Positions 49,519 to 62,815 of a DNA stretch of 64,000 nucleotides are shown here, one piece after another. Each line of letters opens with the position of its first letter. Positions within the stretch are counted from its first letter, which is position 1. This DNA comes from Bispira polyomma (lineage: Eukaryota). A model generated the notes under the pieces. The model was not told the DNA's origin. It saw only the letters and a program-made list of their open reading frames with translations, and did no database searches. The stretch is taken from contig OZ287755.1 of assembly GCA_965649765.1 (NCBI GenBank), positions 3,472,001 through 3,536,000 on the forward strand, read 5' to 3'. A program made the translations under genes and the position numbers.

Positions 49519-52500
49519 TACATAGCACGACCCTAAAGGGGTCTCATCATTCAGTTCCCAATAGCAACTTATATATCTTCACCTTAACCCCTAGGGGCCC
49601 ATTTGAGTACTGTTCAATGACCTTGCTTTCATTGACCAATCGGAGACATTCGAACCCCAAATTTTCACTCTTAAAATGATATGCTTCCATATTGAATTTT
49701 GTTTTACTAGAGTCTAGCGTGTACAGATGTCTGGTTGGCCAGACTACTACAGCATCACACACTGCTGAATACACCGGTAACAGAATCGTACCCAGCACTG
49801 ACAAATTGAGGTCGATGCCAGATGTACAGACCATCGTTAATCAGAGATTAGCTGAATATGAAGTCAGGGCACAAGCTATCTTAACTAAGGTAAGGTTAAC
49901 TCTAGACAGAAGTCGGGACGTTACAGCAATACCGACATCGCTTGTACGGACCCGAGAATGAAATGGGCAAATGAAGGTTGGAGCGGCAGGTCCTCATGTA
50001 AGCAACCAATGTTCGATGAACTCTCCCTTCCCCAATGGGCTGCAAGGCAGCTTTATAACGATCTTTTGGTAGCTGATGCTCAACTATCACGTGCCATGAT
50101 TCTGCAGGTAGTGCTTTCTTTGAAGGATGCTTCGTTGCTTCCCTGGGAGGTGATGCGTACGGGTTTGGCTAGTAGTATGTAAGAAGTGGAGGAGGGTCGG
50201 TTGACCTGGAGCGATACGACCCAATGGTCGCTTAATAGAATCAGTGCATTACAGACGGCTATGGCCAACTCATCATATCCGACCAGTTTGACCAGTTCGC
50301 ATCCCCGCAGGTCCACAATATGTAAACTTTTCAACTTGGGAAAGTGTTCGCGCAAGACCGACCACGGTAACTACGGCGACTGTGTTAAAGAAAGACTCAC
50401 CTCATCCTGACCTTAAATACTGTAAAGCTACCACCACAAAACAGATGGAAAATAAAAGTAGTTAGGGCCTTGACCGACTACCAGTGAACGGAACATTTGC
50501 AGTAGTAGGGACATAACTGTAGGAAAAAGATTTCTTAAGTTAGAAAATTTGAGTAAAAACAGTACTGTAAAGCATGATAAAAGTAAAGACATGACGGATG
50601 ACACAGAAGTTGTTCATAATGATACAAATTATATGTATCATATATCCAGTATTGATAACACTGGTACTGTAGCACAGATTAATAGTGACCAAATTGAGCT
50701 AAATGGAAAGAAAATTATTATAGAAAAAAATTGCACACATGTAAACACACCCTATAAAGATCATGGGGAAAGAACCAGTATTAACCAAAATTTGGTCAAT
50801 AAAAGGAAAGGGGATTAAGAAAAGTTCCATTTGGGTACTGGAAATACTGTCATGAATGTTTTTAATTTCAGCAATAGTGATTCACACATGCAAAAGGTAG
50901 TAGTCACAATGTGTTGACCACTGTTTCCTGTGGTATTTATAAACTCGATAAATTCCAAACTTAACCTTTTGGATGGGGGAGGGATGGGAAGGGATGGAGT
51001 CCCATAAAGGGAAGTGAATATACAAAATGTTTTGATACCCCAAAAGGACCCATTCATATTTCAGATAAATTTTATATTGAAGTGACCATAATGGAAAGCC
51101 ATAAGAACATTGTGAATGATCATAATTTACACATTCTTAAGGACACTGATAACATTGTGGCTAAAAATACCGTATCATTATAAGAAAGATACTGAATGCC
51201 AGCAACGTTGTAATGTGAATTATACTGTGTATATAACTGATATTATTGACAAATGGATTAAGGCTGATAGTATATCTAACCTTAAGCAACTTAATACCAA
51301 GGACAAATTACTGGTTGAGAGACAAGCCAATTTCACGTTGTGTGAATTTAAGGATCACAGTGCATAATTAGATACTCAGAATAAGGCAATTAAGGATTAC
51401 AACTTTCCAGATAAGGATAAGGGATTTCTTGCATTGGCTAAAACAGAATTTGAATTTTGTGGCCCAGATAGGGCACCAGTTAATACCATTACAGTGCAAC
51501 AAATGGTGAACATAGCCCACACAATTATAAATTCTGGATGTGCCAATTATAAAGGCGCCAGAATCCCAGTAGCTTCTGGCTAACGAATCCAGACTTGGGA
51601 AAAGGTCTTGCTTGATTATCGGGACAAGTTGTTACTGCAGTTTTTAACTTTTGGTTTTCCACTTTTGCTTGAACATTCTAATAATTTAAAAGTTAAGGAA
51701 ATTTCCAATCATAGTTCTGCCCTGCAATATGCAGAGGCAATTAGTCAGTATATTAGTAAGAAACAAGTCAATGGTGGCATGTTAGGTCCAGTTAAGGAAG
51801 TAGAGAGCAAGTTGTTTCACTGTTCCCCCTTTCTCACCCATCCTGAGGACACACACAAACGCAGAGTGATCTTGAACCTCTCTTATCCAAAAGGCAATTT
51901 GGTTAATAGTACTGCAGACAAACAGCATTTTCATCAAATCGAGTCTGCTTTAAAGTTCCTAACTTTAGAGGAAATTGTCGCCAAAAAAGATTTTCAAACT
52001 TGACGTGGCTTGGGCCTTTAGGAACTTAAGAGTGGATCTGGTTGATTCTATGAAGCCAGGGATTTGTTTTAATAAAGATAAGTACATTGATCTGGCTATA
52101 GCGTTCGGGTGGATCCACGGATCAGCGATCAGAGATCCTCTGACATCATAGCACATACCATGAGTAAACGCAAACATGCAGTCCTCTGCTACATTGACGA
52201 TTACATTTGAATATCACCTGCTGATGAGGCAGAAGGCACGTTCAAAGAACTTTATGAGATAGTCACCTCGTTGGGGCTTCACCAAGATAAGATCTCTCGT
52301 CCTACTAAAAACATAACGTGCCTTGGTATAGACATTGACATAGATGAGGGCGTTATTAGTATTTCTAAGGATAATTGGAACAAACTTGTTGCTTGAATGT
52401 TGCCAACAAGCTTTTAATAAAAAAATAATGTCTAGAAGAAATTTCCAATCAGTTTTACGCAGGCTTTTATATGTTCACAAATGTGTGAAACCTGCTAGGA

Positions 52501-53450
52501 TTTTCATAAAATGATTGTTAATGGCTTTCAGAAAGAAAGCCCATGCCAAGCGTATCAATATTACTGGTAAATAAAGGCAGATTTGTTATGGTTCATACAA
52601 TCTAGGAGTATTTTTGATATTACTCATATACAACAGATTTCGAAAGCATGTGACATTTCAGGGGACCCCCCTTTGTATAGAGCAATATTTCTGGTGGCAT
52701 ACTTTGCAGACCTTAGAATCTCAAACATTGCTCCACATTCCAGAAGTAAATTTGACCCCACACATCACTTCCTTGGAAAGGATATTGTGTTTGGTCACCC
52801 AAGAGCCCATCGAATACTAAAATGGGCCAAAGAACTACAAAATAGATCAAAACATCATGTAATTCAATTACCCCAACTGGACAATGCTTCTCTCTGTTCA
52901 GTTAGAGCCCTCCATAAGTTGTTGGACTCAATAAGTTTACCTGGGGATTCTCTTCTATTTGTAACCTCTGGGTTTTCTCACTTCCCTGTTGTGGAAACAC
53001 ATGTCAGATCTGCTTTAACCTCAGTATTACAACATGTAGGTATACCGCACAAAGGTCATAGTTTCCATACAGTTAGAAGGTCAGGAGATACTTAGGCTTT
53101 TAATAATAATGTCTCCCTCCAAAACATTATGTCTCATGGTATGTATATCTTATGGAGGTCATCAGCAATCTGGGTTTACCTTCAAAAAAAAAAATCCCCG
53201 GTTGCTGCTACTATACCCCTGGCTTTTGCTTCATCTATACCTTCCTCCCTTTAGTTTGGCTTGGGTTATTTTAAAATTTTCTCTTAAATTTTAAAACTTT
53301 AAAACTTTTAACCATATCCTGTATATATTTTACTAATGTGTACATAAAAATAAACCTCAAACCACTATCAAAAGCATCTTACTGAATTTAACCTTTAAAT
53401 ACTGAATTCAATCCTGAAATACTTCAAGGTCACTACAACTTGGCTTACCA
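49519..53450 (+). mobile_element. Ngaro-type YR retrotransposon copy 6 (family A), deleted and degenerate
   Basis: A-type 5' motif AGCACGACCCTAAAGGGGTCT..TTCAGTT; gag remnants 49692..50410; RT 51400-52580 (YIDD near 52190); RNase H deleted near 52600; YR 52583..53253. Confidence 0.88.
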
Positions 53451-53499
53451 ACTTTGACCTTTTAAACCTTTTATCCTCACTTTGAAATCAGGAGAACTG

Positions 53500-54960
53500 G
53501 TACCACATGACAGTGGGTGCAAGTTCTTTGAACACCCACCAACTACCAGGATTATTACTTTGGAGGGAAATAAACGAAATCTGACTCCAATGCAGAAACT
53601 TCTTTTTTGGCACTGTAGCAGTGCAAATAAATTCAGACATCTGACCAAAGTTTCCCAATAAACTTTTGATTCTCTTGACGTATGTGTATGTCTCTGTATT
53701 TAATTTTCTTGTATGGTTGCATGGAGGAAAGATCATCTATCACACTGATGACCACATGTTGCTGAGAACATTCAACAACTTCCTATTGTGTGGCAAATAC
53801 CAATGTTTGGCATTATTGAAACCATCATCTTTCCATAATTAATGCATATTCCTACTTTGGCCAACAGCTATGTTGCATAGAGGTTACCCACTGGATTACA
53901 TAGAAGAAAGCCAGCCACGACACCCCATCATGCAGCAGGGCATAGTGAATAGAGACCTTGAAGTTGCTCTCTTTAAATAATCTTGTAAATATGCAACAAC
54001 ACCAATCAATGTTACCTTTGATGAACACCCTCGTCATGTTTTACTGTCAAAAGGCACTCATGCCCTGTATAATTCCCAAAGGCCTACTTTCTCTATGAAG
54101 CGTTCTGGTCTCAGGTATTGCCAGCTAGTTGCACATATTGAGAGACATTCTTTACTGGTCTGTCTGAGTTCATAAATTCATGTGGTCATCACAGCTAGAT
54201 GTAAAGTCCAGAGGATAAAGAAAATTTAGGATGGGAAAATGTGTTCACTTTCTAGAAAAAGGTCATTGCATTGGCAACGACCTATATAGCAGTATGATTC
54301 CGAACAAAGCAATATTATATGACACTAATGCTATGATTGGAAGAAGCTGGAAGAAATATCTTTAGAAAATAGGTCATAACCCTCAAAAAGTATTGTGTGA
54401 AATGCAAGACTAGTAGTTCCTCACACTGGGAATGTTATATTTGTTTGCTATGTACTTTATAATGGTTGTCCTGTTACTAGCTTTTTGAAAATTACTGTTT
54501 TCTAACTCAGTGCTAACCTTTTCCAGCCTGGCCATAATATTTGATGAACCATCTATCTTTGTTGCACATAGATCCAGTGCCCCTGTTGAAGCTTTACTAT
54601 AACTAGAAATGTCTTAGAGCCAAGATATGCGTACCCTTTTACCTAATATCCCATCTTAACTGCTGTATAAGAACAAGACATTTTCCATGTATTGGTCATA
54701 TGTAAATAGGTTATCTGCTATCTTGTCAATTTTTGTACAATACAGAATATGTGGAGAGTTTATACCACAGACAAGTTCTAAATAAAAAATAGGCTTGGTT
54801 GTCACCAACTGAAATAACTAGTAAAAAATCCACATGGGATTTTTCACTTTCATAAAGCTGAGAAAGGAAAAGACTATTGGGAGAATTGGAACATATATCT
54901 GCAAATAATTGTAACAGTTTGATCCATTTTATTTTTTTAATCAAAATTAGGTCAGCACAT
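53500..54960 (-). mobile_element. possible very decayed Penelope-like element (RT plus GIY-YIG traces)
   Basis: SHVDFL..FRTCLWYK resembles the PLE RT thumb region; CLNLFALLQCQK..CIG resembles GIY-YIG; weak. Confidence 0.35.
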
Positions 54961-55159
54961 TTAAGCAAGTATGTTGGTTGCTCCCAGACACCGTTACTAG
55001 CAATTGTATGTTGAATCAAAACAATGCAAATAAGTACAACTCAATGATTCAAATTTTGTCACTTTAGATCAATGCCTATCCAACAAAACCTATGTTGAGA
55101 AGACAAATGCAAAAGTCTGTGCAATAAACAATGTTTGTCAGCAAATGTACTGGAACAAG

Positions 55160-55659
55160 CTGGGGTGCTAGCCCATCCTCCTTAGTCCTGTACTACTCAG
55201 CTGCTGAGTATGATTTCCAGTGTAGGAAATATCAGCCCATACTAAGAAGATTAACCCAGCCATCAACGCTACCTGTCGCATAGTCACTGGAGGCCTGAGT
55301 TGAACCCAGTGGAGCTGACAATAACAGAGCCACCTTATGGCAAGAGACGCTTGCCAATGTTCCAACAACAACCATGTCCATAAGTGCCCAAGTACGTCCA
55401 CCTGGTGCTGACTCAAACTGGTCTGAATGGAAATGTTTTAAAAGACTAAGATCCGGTGTTGGCTGCTCAAAAGTGATACTCAAGAAATGGGGACATATCG
55501 ACACTGAAGATGTGACCTGGGAATGTGGCACAGTACCACAAACCATGGAACATTTACTGTGTTGTCCACTGCTGCAGCAATAATGCAAAGCTAAACATCT
55601 TAAGGAACACAATGACAGAGCTATAGACTGTGTTTAACTTTGGCTGAAACGCAAAATGT

Positions 55660-55691
<32 letters not shown>

Positions 55692-55712
55692 GACACAATA
55701 ATAAGAAGAAGA
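55160..55712 (+). mobile_element. 3' end of a Vingi/RTE-like LINE
   Basis: YSAAEY..AHTKKIN..CRIVTG; WKCFKRLRSGVG..KWG..ECG..QTMEHLLCCP zinc-knuckle; (GT)n and (AAG)n tail. Confidence 0.7.
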
Positions 55713-55730
55713 GTCAATGCAATACAGTTA

Positions 55731-55736
55731 TTTATT
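55731..55736 (-). promoter_or_regulatory. polyadenylation signal of the Sushi/cystine-knot gene
   Basis: AATAAA on minus strand 68 nt after the stop codon at 55804. Confidence 0.6.
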
Positions 55737-55803
55737 CTTACCCAAGTTAAACTGCCCATAGGCTTTAGGTAATTCAATGTGCGTGATTTACTTTCGTATC
55801 ATT

Positions 55804-56253
55804 TCAAGGTAACAAACATCCACATGCTTGAGGCTTGTGGATAGTCATCTTCTTGCAGCTGTCCATCTTCACGAAGACTATGGTAAGACTGGAGCAGAAA
55901 GTGAGATTCTCTACACAGCTCTCCTCAGGTGTAGTACCACTCCTCTTACCTCTACGATGACTCTTGCTGCTCTTGGTACCCTTGTTACTCTTATGATGCC
56001 TTTTGGTGCCCTTCTTATTCTTATGATGACTCTTGGTACTCTTGGTACTTTTGATACTCTTGGTACTTTTGGTACTCTTGGTACTCTTGCTACTCTTGGT
56101 ACTCTTGCTACTTTTGGTACTCTTGCTACTTTTGGTACTTTTGGTACTCTTGGTACTTTTGGTACTCTTGGTACTTTTGGTACTCTTGCTATTGCTACCA
56201 CTATGAACAACACAATGATGGGTATGGTTACCATTAGGCTCAGCTGGTTCGAC
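55804..56253 (-). CDS. terminal exon: (S-T/S-K)n basic repeat plus cystine-knot C-terminus (..SC...PQACGC)
   Basis: Acceptor ttgtttttacag|GTC phase 0; open to TGA; followed by AATAAA. Confidence 0.85.
   Translation of the reverse strand, partial: VEPAEPNGNHTHHCVVHSGSNSKSTKSTKSTKSTKSTKSTKSSKSTKSSKSTKSSKSTKSTKSTKSIKSTKSTKSHHKNKKGTKRHHKSNKGTKSSKSHRRGKRSGTTPEESCVENLTFCSSLTIVFVKMDSCKKMTIHKPQACGCLLP
56030..56192 (-). repeat. 9-bp coding tandem repeat (AGTACCAAR/AGTAGCAAG) encoding STK/SSK
   Basis: About 16 units, synonymous AAA/AAG variation in the STK frame. Confidence 0.95.
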
Positions 56254-56659
56254 CTGTAAAAACAATAAATATTTGCAGCTATACATATATATCAAATTGA
56301 TACTAATGGGACACCCATTGCAGTGGTAACACCTGGTGATTACTTTTGTGTCTCTCGTTGACTCTCTTTGTCAACACTCACTCCTGTAATTATTATATGA
56401 CTGTTGCTATGGCTGCCACGTCTTGCTTATGTTTAGTTATATTTTATGTCATGTTCAAACCACATTCAATGGTGATACAAACTAGTGCTGAAGTACTCTG
56501 AACCACCGGCCTATGTTTACACTATGGGTTAACAGATTATGTTGTTTTGTTTGTGAAGATGCCCAGCATCAATAAAGTGTGATCATATGCATAATAGTAA
56601 TAATAATAATACAAGTAGCAGATTTCTTGCACAAAATAAGCTAAACTAAAACACCTCAC

Positions 56660-56754
56660 CGTGAAAGTTTCATTGTCATGCTTAAATATGACCTCTTTGA
56701 CACAAGAAGTTTGAACACAGAATTCTTTGAGGTGAAACTGCTGTCCTTGTTGAG
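56660..56754 (-). CDS. internal exon (phase 1 to 0): QQGQQFHLKEFCVQTSCVKEVIFKHDNETFT
   Basis: Acceptor ctttaatttag|, donor ACG|gtgagg, 95 nt, phases fit both neighbours. Confidence 0.75.
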
Positions 56755-57812
56755 CTAAATTAAAGGCAATATAAATATATTAAATAACAAGTCATGTATT
56801 ATGTTAAAGCTAATTTAATAACATATATTGTTTGACAAGCCACATATAAAAATGGCCACACCATTTTTTTATCAATCTATAAGCAAATATAAACTATTGC
56901 TTGAAACATTTTCACCTCCATTACACGAGAAAAAATCGAATGCTTAAAGTGTATAAAAATTCTGTTGCTTTTTAGTTTTCTATTTAGCTGACAGTTAAAA
57001 TATACTTTAATCAAAACAATTTTACCCATACCCCTGTTCTGTTACAAAGTTTTCTTTATTTAATCTATGTAGATAGAAATGATTTTTCAATTTTTTTTTC
57101 TTGTGTTTGGTATCTAGTTTTTAAGGAAATGGTTACAACTTTGTTAGAGTACAACAGCCAAAGTGGCTTTCCTTTCCAAAACAATTTGTGTGACACATTG
57201 CTTTTACATTATTTAGTTGATGCATACAATATTTCTTTATTGACGCATCTTTGTGGAATTTAATTTGGATTTCTGAACTGCAAACCACCATCATTGTTCT
57301 GTTAATTCATTGTCCAATTGTCTCTAACATGGACACCTATTACTGTTTCTGTAATGGACAGGTCACAAGAATGTACTGCTTTCATACACTTTGTATTAAT
57401 TAGTAGAAGATTGCAAACGTCCATGAAGCATTTTTTTTGCATACGGCTTACACCATTACAAAGTTCACTTGATGTTTACAATTTTATTTTACTTTTTTAA
57501 ATCGATTATTAGTACTATTACATTGTCATCTATCACTTTCTGCTCACGCCTTTACAACACAACAATTAACAACAATAAAACAAAAGGAAGACTTCAACCA
57601 TTTCACTGTTTACTTTCTTTATCAACAACACCCAAGTCACTGTTACAGAATGTAAGAGAAAGTAACATACCAAACGTAATACTTTGGCAATCCACTCGGT
57701 TAGAGATGAACAATCTATGATTAATTATTATGTGACTAAAATATTGACAAATTCAATACTTTTTATATTACTTCTATTACATAACCCCAACCCAGATCAA
57801 CTATAATCCTAC

Positions 57813-57956
57813 CATTAAGGGTGATTTCCACCTCATCTTCTTTAGTTTTGATCTTTTTCTTGCGAAAGTCACAGCGGATGTTGATATCAGAGGATGAATA
57901 TTCAAACTGTGTTTCACAGTTCCTTTTTGAGAAATGTATAGGGTCGTCACAAATTT
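57813..57956 (-). CDS. internal exon (phase 1 to 1): ICDDPIHFSKRNCETQFEYSSSDINIRCDFRKKKIKTKEDEVEITLN
   Basis: Acceptor cttttgatctccag|, donor AATG|gtagga, 144 nt open; an alternative donor at 57770 is possible. Confidence 0.7.
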
Positions 57957-58287
57957 CTGGAGATCAAAAGCAATTATTATTAATAATAAAGTATTCCCTT
58001 ATTCGTTTTCTAAGCACTGTCAAACAATTAGCATTTAGGCTGATTAAAATGTCCTACTACATGTACTATACTACATATCAAACCTTCAAATGAAGTTACA
58101 GTTATGTTTACAAAGTACTGGTCTGAATAGTTTAGCTGCTTTGTTTATACAGAGGCAGACAAGTGAAACCACATCCCTAAAATGACAGGCTTACTAGTAA
58201 GATGTTTAAACTCAATTTGTGATGTGCTCATACTAATATTACAGTATTTGAGGTACATTTTAATGGTGTAAGTTGTTTTTAAATTAC

Positions 58288-58461
58288 CTTTGCACAACGG
58301 CTCTGTCAAAGACCAGTTACCATTTGGTAAGCATTCTCTTGTAGGAGTACCACTGAGGATATATCCTTGATCACACGAGTAGTTGGCAGTGGATGGAAAA
58401 GTGGTGTCACCAATAGAGATCTCTCCATTATCTGGGGCGTCTAAAGATCCACAGTCTATTG
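58288..58461 (-). CDS. Sushi/CCP domain exon (3'-most)
   Basis: 174-nt phase 1-1 exon tttag|CAATA..AAAG|gtaatt; C..P.NG..Y.C..GY...G...C...G.W....P.C consensus. Confidence 0.92.
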
Positions 58462-58853
58462 CTAAATATACAACAATATTACCTAATGTAAACATGTGTA
58501 TAACAATGTGATTTTATAATTGATATTAAAAATATCTCATTACTACATGTTTTTGTTAGAATCAAATCAACATGCATTCAGGAACATTCATCTAATGTGA
58601 TTGTAACCAAGCAATTACTGTTAATATAACATTCTAAATAGCATGTTATTAACATGGACATCAACAACAATTTTTGCTATGTAATGGTCTGGCTAGTTTA
58701 AATGTTTTGTTTATACAGAGGCAGACAAGTGAAACCACATCCCTAAAATGACAGGCTTACTAGTAAGATGTTTAAACTCAATTTGTGATGTGCTCATACT
58801 AATATTACAGTATTTGAGGTACATTTTAATGGTGTAAGTTGTTTTTAAATTAC

Positions 58854-59027
58854 CTTTGCACAACGGCTCTGTCAAAGACCAGTTACCATTTGGTAAGCAT
58901 TCTCTTGTAGGAGTACCACTGAGGATATATCCTTGATCACACGAGTAGTTGGCAGTGGATGGAAAAGTGGTGTCACCAATAGAGATCTCTCCATTATCTG
59001 GGGCGTCTAAAGATCCACAGTCTATTG
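58854..59027 (-). CDS. Sushi/CCP domain exon
   Basis: Same splice sites and consensus, +566. Confidence 0.9.
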
Positions 59028-59419
59028 CTAAATATACAACAATATTACCTAATGTAAACATGTGTATAACAATGTGATTTTATAATTGATATTAAAAATA
59101 TCTCATTACTACATGTTTTTGTTAGAATCAAATCAACTTGCATTCAGGAACATTCATCTAATGTGATTGTAACCAAGCAATTACTGTTAATATAACATTC
59201 TAAATAGCATGTTATTAAGATGGACATCAACAACAATTTTTGCTATGTAATGGTCTGGCTAGTTTAGATGTTTTGTTTATACAGAGGCAGGCAAGTGAAA
59301 CCACATCCCTAAAATGACAGGCTTACTAGTAAGATGTTTAAACTCAATTTGTGATGTGCCCATACTAATATTACAGTATTTGAGGTACATTTTAGTGGTG
59401 TAATTTGTTTTTATATTAC

Positions 59420-59593
59420 CTTGACACAAAGGCTCTGTCAAAGACCAGTTACCACTTGGTAAGCATTCTCTTGTAGGAGTACCACTGAGGATATATCCTT
59501 GATCACACGAGTAGTTGGCAGTGGATGGAAAAGTGGTGTCACCAATAGAGATCTCTCCATTATCTGGGGCGTCTAAAGATCCACAGTCTATTG
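59420..59593 (-). CDS. Sushi/CCP domain exon
   Basis: Same; CLPSG/CQ variant. Confidence 0.9.
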
Positions 59594-59985
59594 CTAAATA
59601 TACAACAATATTACCTAATGTAAACATGTGTATAACAATGTGATTTTATAATTGATATTAAAAAGATCTCATTACTACATGTTTTTGTTAGAATCAAATC
59701 AACTTGCATTCAGGAACATTCATCTAATGTGATTGTAACCAAGCAATTACTGTTAATATAACATTCTAAATAGCATGTTATTAACATGGACATCAACAAC
59801 AATTTTTGCTATGTAATGGTCTGGCTAGTTTAGATGTTTTGTTTATACAGAGGCAGGCAAGTGAAACCACATCCCTAAAATGACAGGCTTACTAGTAAGA
59901 TGTTTAAACTCAATTTGTGATGTGCCCATACTAATATTACAGTATTTGAGGTACATTTTAGTGGTGTAATTTGTTTTTATATTAC

Positions 59986-60159
59986 CTTGACACAAAGGCT
60001 CTGTCAAAGACCAGTTACCACTTGGTAAGCATTCTCTTGTAGGAGTACCACTGAGGATATATCCTTGATCACACGAGTAGTTGGCAGTGGATGGAAAAGT
60101 GGTGTCACCAATAGAGATCTCTCCATTATCTGGGGCGTCTAAAGATCCACAGTCTATTG
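59986..60159 (-). CDS. Sushi/CCP domain exon
   Basis: Same; CLPSG/CQ variant. Confidence 0.9.
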
Positions 60160-60551
60160 CTAAATATACAACAATATTACCTAATGTAAACATGTGTATA
60201 ACAATGTGATTTTATAATTGATATTAAAAAGATCTCATTACTACATGTTTTTGTTAGAATCAAATCAACTTGCATTCAGGAACATTCATCTAATGTGATT
60301 GTAACCAAGCAATTACTGTTAATATAACATTCTAAATAGCATGTTATTAAGATGGACATCAACAACAATTTTTGCTATGTAATGGTCTGGCTAGTTTAGA
60401 TGTTTTGTTTATACAGAGGCAGGCAAGTGAAACCACATCCCTAAAATGACAGGCTTACTAGTAAGATGTTTAAACTCAATTTGTGATGTGCCCATACTAA
60501 TATTACAGTATTTGAGGTACATTTTAGTGGTGTAATTTGTTTTTATATTAC

Positions 60552-60725
60552 CTTGACACAAAGGCTCTGTCAAAGACCAGTTACCACTTGGTAAGCATTC
60601 TCTTGTAGGAGTACCACTGAGGATATATCCTTGATCACACGAGTAGTTGGCAGTGGATGGAAAAGTGGTGTCACCAATAGAGATCTCTCCATTATCTGGG
60701 GCGTCTAAAGATCCACAGTCTATTG
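60552..60725 (-). CDS. Sushi/CCP domain exon
   Basis: Same; CLPSG/CQ variant. Confidence 0.9.
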
Positions 60726-61117
60726 CTAAATATACAACAATATTACCTAATGTAAACATGTGTATAACAATGTGATTTTATAATTGATATTAAAAATATC
60801 TCATTACTACATGTTTTTGTTAGAATCAAATCAACTTGCATTCAGGAACATTCATCTAATGTGATTGTAACCAAGTAATTACTGTTAATATAACATTTTA
60901 AATAGCATGTTATTAACATGGACATCAACAACAATTTTTGCTATGTAATGGTCTGGCTAGTTTAGATGTTTTATTTATACAGAGGCAGACAAGTGAAACC
61001 ACATCCCTAAAATGACAGGCTTACTGGTAAGATGTTTAAACTCAATTTATGATGTGCCCATACTAATATTACAGTATTTGAGGTACATTTTAGTGGTGTA
61101 ATTTGTTTTTATATTAC

Positions 61118-61291
61118 CTTGACACAATGGCTCTGTCAAAGACCAGTTACCATTTGGTAAGCATTCTCTTGTAGGAGTACCACTGAGGATATATCCTTGA
61201 TCACACGAGTAGTTGGCAGTGGATGGAAAAGTGGTGTCACCAATAGAGATCTCTCCATTATCTGGGGCGTCTAAAGATCCACAGTCTATTG
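61118..61291 (-). CDS. Sushi/CCP domain exon
   Basis: Same; CLPNG/CQ variant; the ORF-shortening stop lies in the intron. Confidence 0.9.
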
Positions 61292-61683
61292 CTAAATATA
61301 CAACAATATTACCTAATGTAAACATGTGTATAACAATGTGATTTTATAATTGATATTAAAAATATCTCATTACTACATGTTTTTGTTAGAATCAAATCAA
61401 CTTGCATTCAGGAACATTCATCTAATGTGATTGTAACCAAGCAATTACTGTTAATATAACATTTTAAATAGCATGTTATTAACATGGACATCAACAACAA
61501 TTTTTGCTATGTAATGGTCTGGCTAGTTTAGATGTTTTATTTATACAGAGGCAGACAAGTGAAACCACATCCCTAAAATGACAGGCTTACTAGTAAGATG
61601 TTTAAACTCAATTTGTGATGTGCCCATACTAATATTACAGTATTTGAGGTACATTTTAGTGGTGTAATTTGTTTTTATATTAC

Positions 61684-61857
61684 CTTGACACAACGGCTCT
61701 GTCAAAGACCAGTTACCATTTGGTAAGCATTCTCTTGTAGGAGTACCACTGAGGATATATCCTTGATCACACGAGTAGTTGGCAGTGGATGGAAAAGTGG
61801 TGACACCAATAGAGATCTCTCCATTATCTGGGGCGTCTAAAGATCCACAGTCTATTG
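61684..61857 (-). CDS. Sushi/CCP domain exon
   Basis: Same; GVTT variant. Confidence 0.9.
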
Positions 61858-62249
61858 CTAAATATACAACAATATTACCTAATGTAAACATGTGTATAAC
61901 AATGTGATTTTATAATTGATATTAAAAATATCTCATTACTACATGTTTTTGTTAGAATCAAATCAACTTGCATTCAGGAACATTCATCTAATGTGATTGT
62001 AACCAAGCAATTACTGTTAATATAACATTTTAAATAGCATGTTATTAACATGGACATCAACAACAATTTTTGCTATGTAATGGTCTGGCTAGTTTAGATG
62101 TTATGTTTATACAGAGGCAGACAAGTGAAACCACATCCCTAAAATGACAGGCTTACTGGTAAGATGTTTAAACTCAATTTGTGATGTGCCCATACTAATA
62201 TTACAGTATTTGAGGTACATTTTAGTGGTGTAATTTGTTTTTATATTAC

Positions 62250-62423
62250 CTTGACACAAAGGCTCTGTCAAAGACCAGTTACCACTTGGTAAGCATTCTC
62301 TTGCAGGAGTACCACTGAGGATATATCCTTGATCACACGAGTAGTTGGCAGTGGATGGAAAAGTGGTGTCACCAATAGAGATCTCTCCATTATCTGGGGC
62401 GTCTAAAGATCCACAGTCTATTG
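62250..62423 (-). CDS. Sushi/CCP domain exon
   Basis: Same; TPARE/CLPSG variant. Confidence 0.9.
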
Positions 62424-62815
62424 CTAAATATACAACAATATTACCTAATGTAAACATGTGTATAACAATGTGATTTTATAATTGATATTAAAAAGATCTC
62501 ATTACTACATGTTTTTGTTAGAATCAAATCAACTTGCATTCAGGAACATTCATCTAATGTGATTGTAACCAAGCAATTACTGTTAATATAACATTTGAAA
62601 TAGCATGTTATTAACATGGACATCAACAACAATTTTTGCTATGTAATGGTCTGGCTAGTTTAGATGTTTTATTTATACAGAGGCAGACAAGTGAAACCAC
62701 ATCCCTAAAATGACAGGCTTACTAGTAAGATGTTTAAACTCAATTTGTGATGTGCCCATACTAATATTACAGTATTTGAGGTACATTTTAGTGGTGTAAT
62801 TTGTTTTTATATTAC

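Noticed and set aside
55828-56259. Plus-strand (GTL/GTF)n ORF and minus-strand (VPR/VPK)n ORF
   Set aside because: Shadow frames of the 9-bp repeat; only the STK frame fits splice phase, Cys pattern and polyA signal.
57672-57715. Extra 44-nt exon (DCSSLTEWIAKVLRL)
   Set aside because: Weak acceptor, and it would break phase with the 56754 exon unless another unsupported exon exists.
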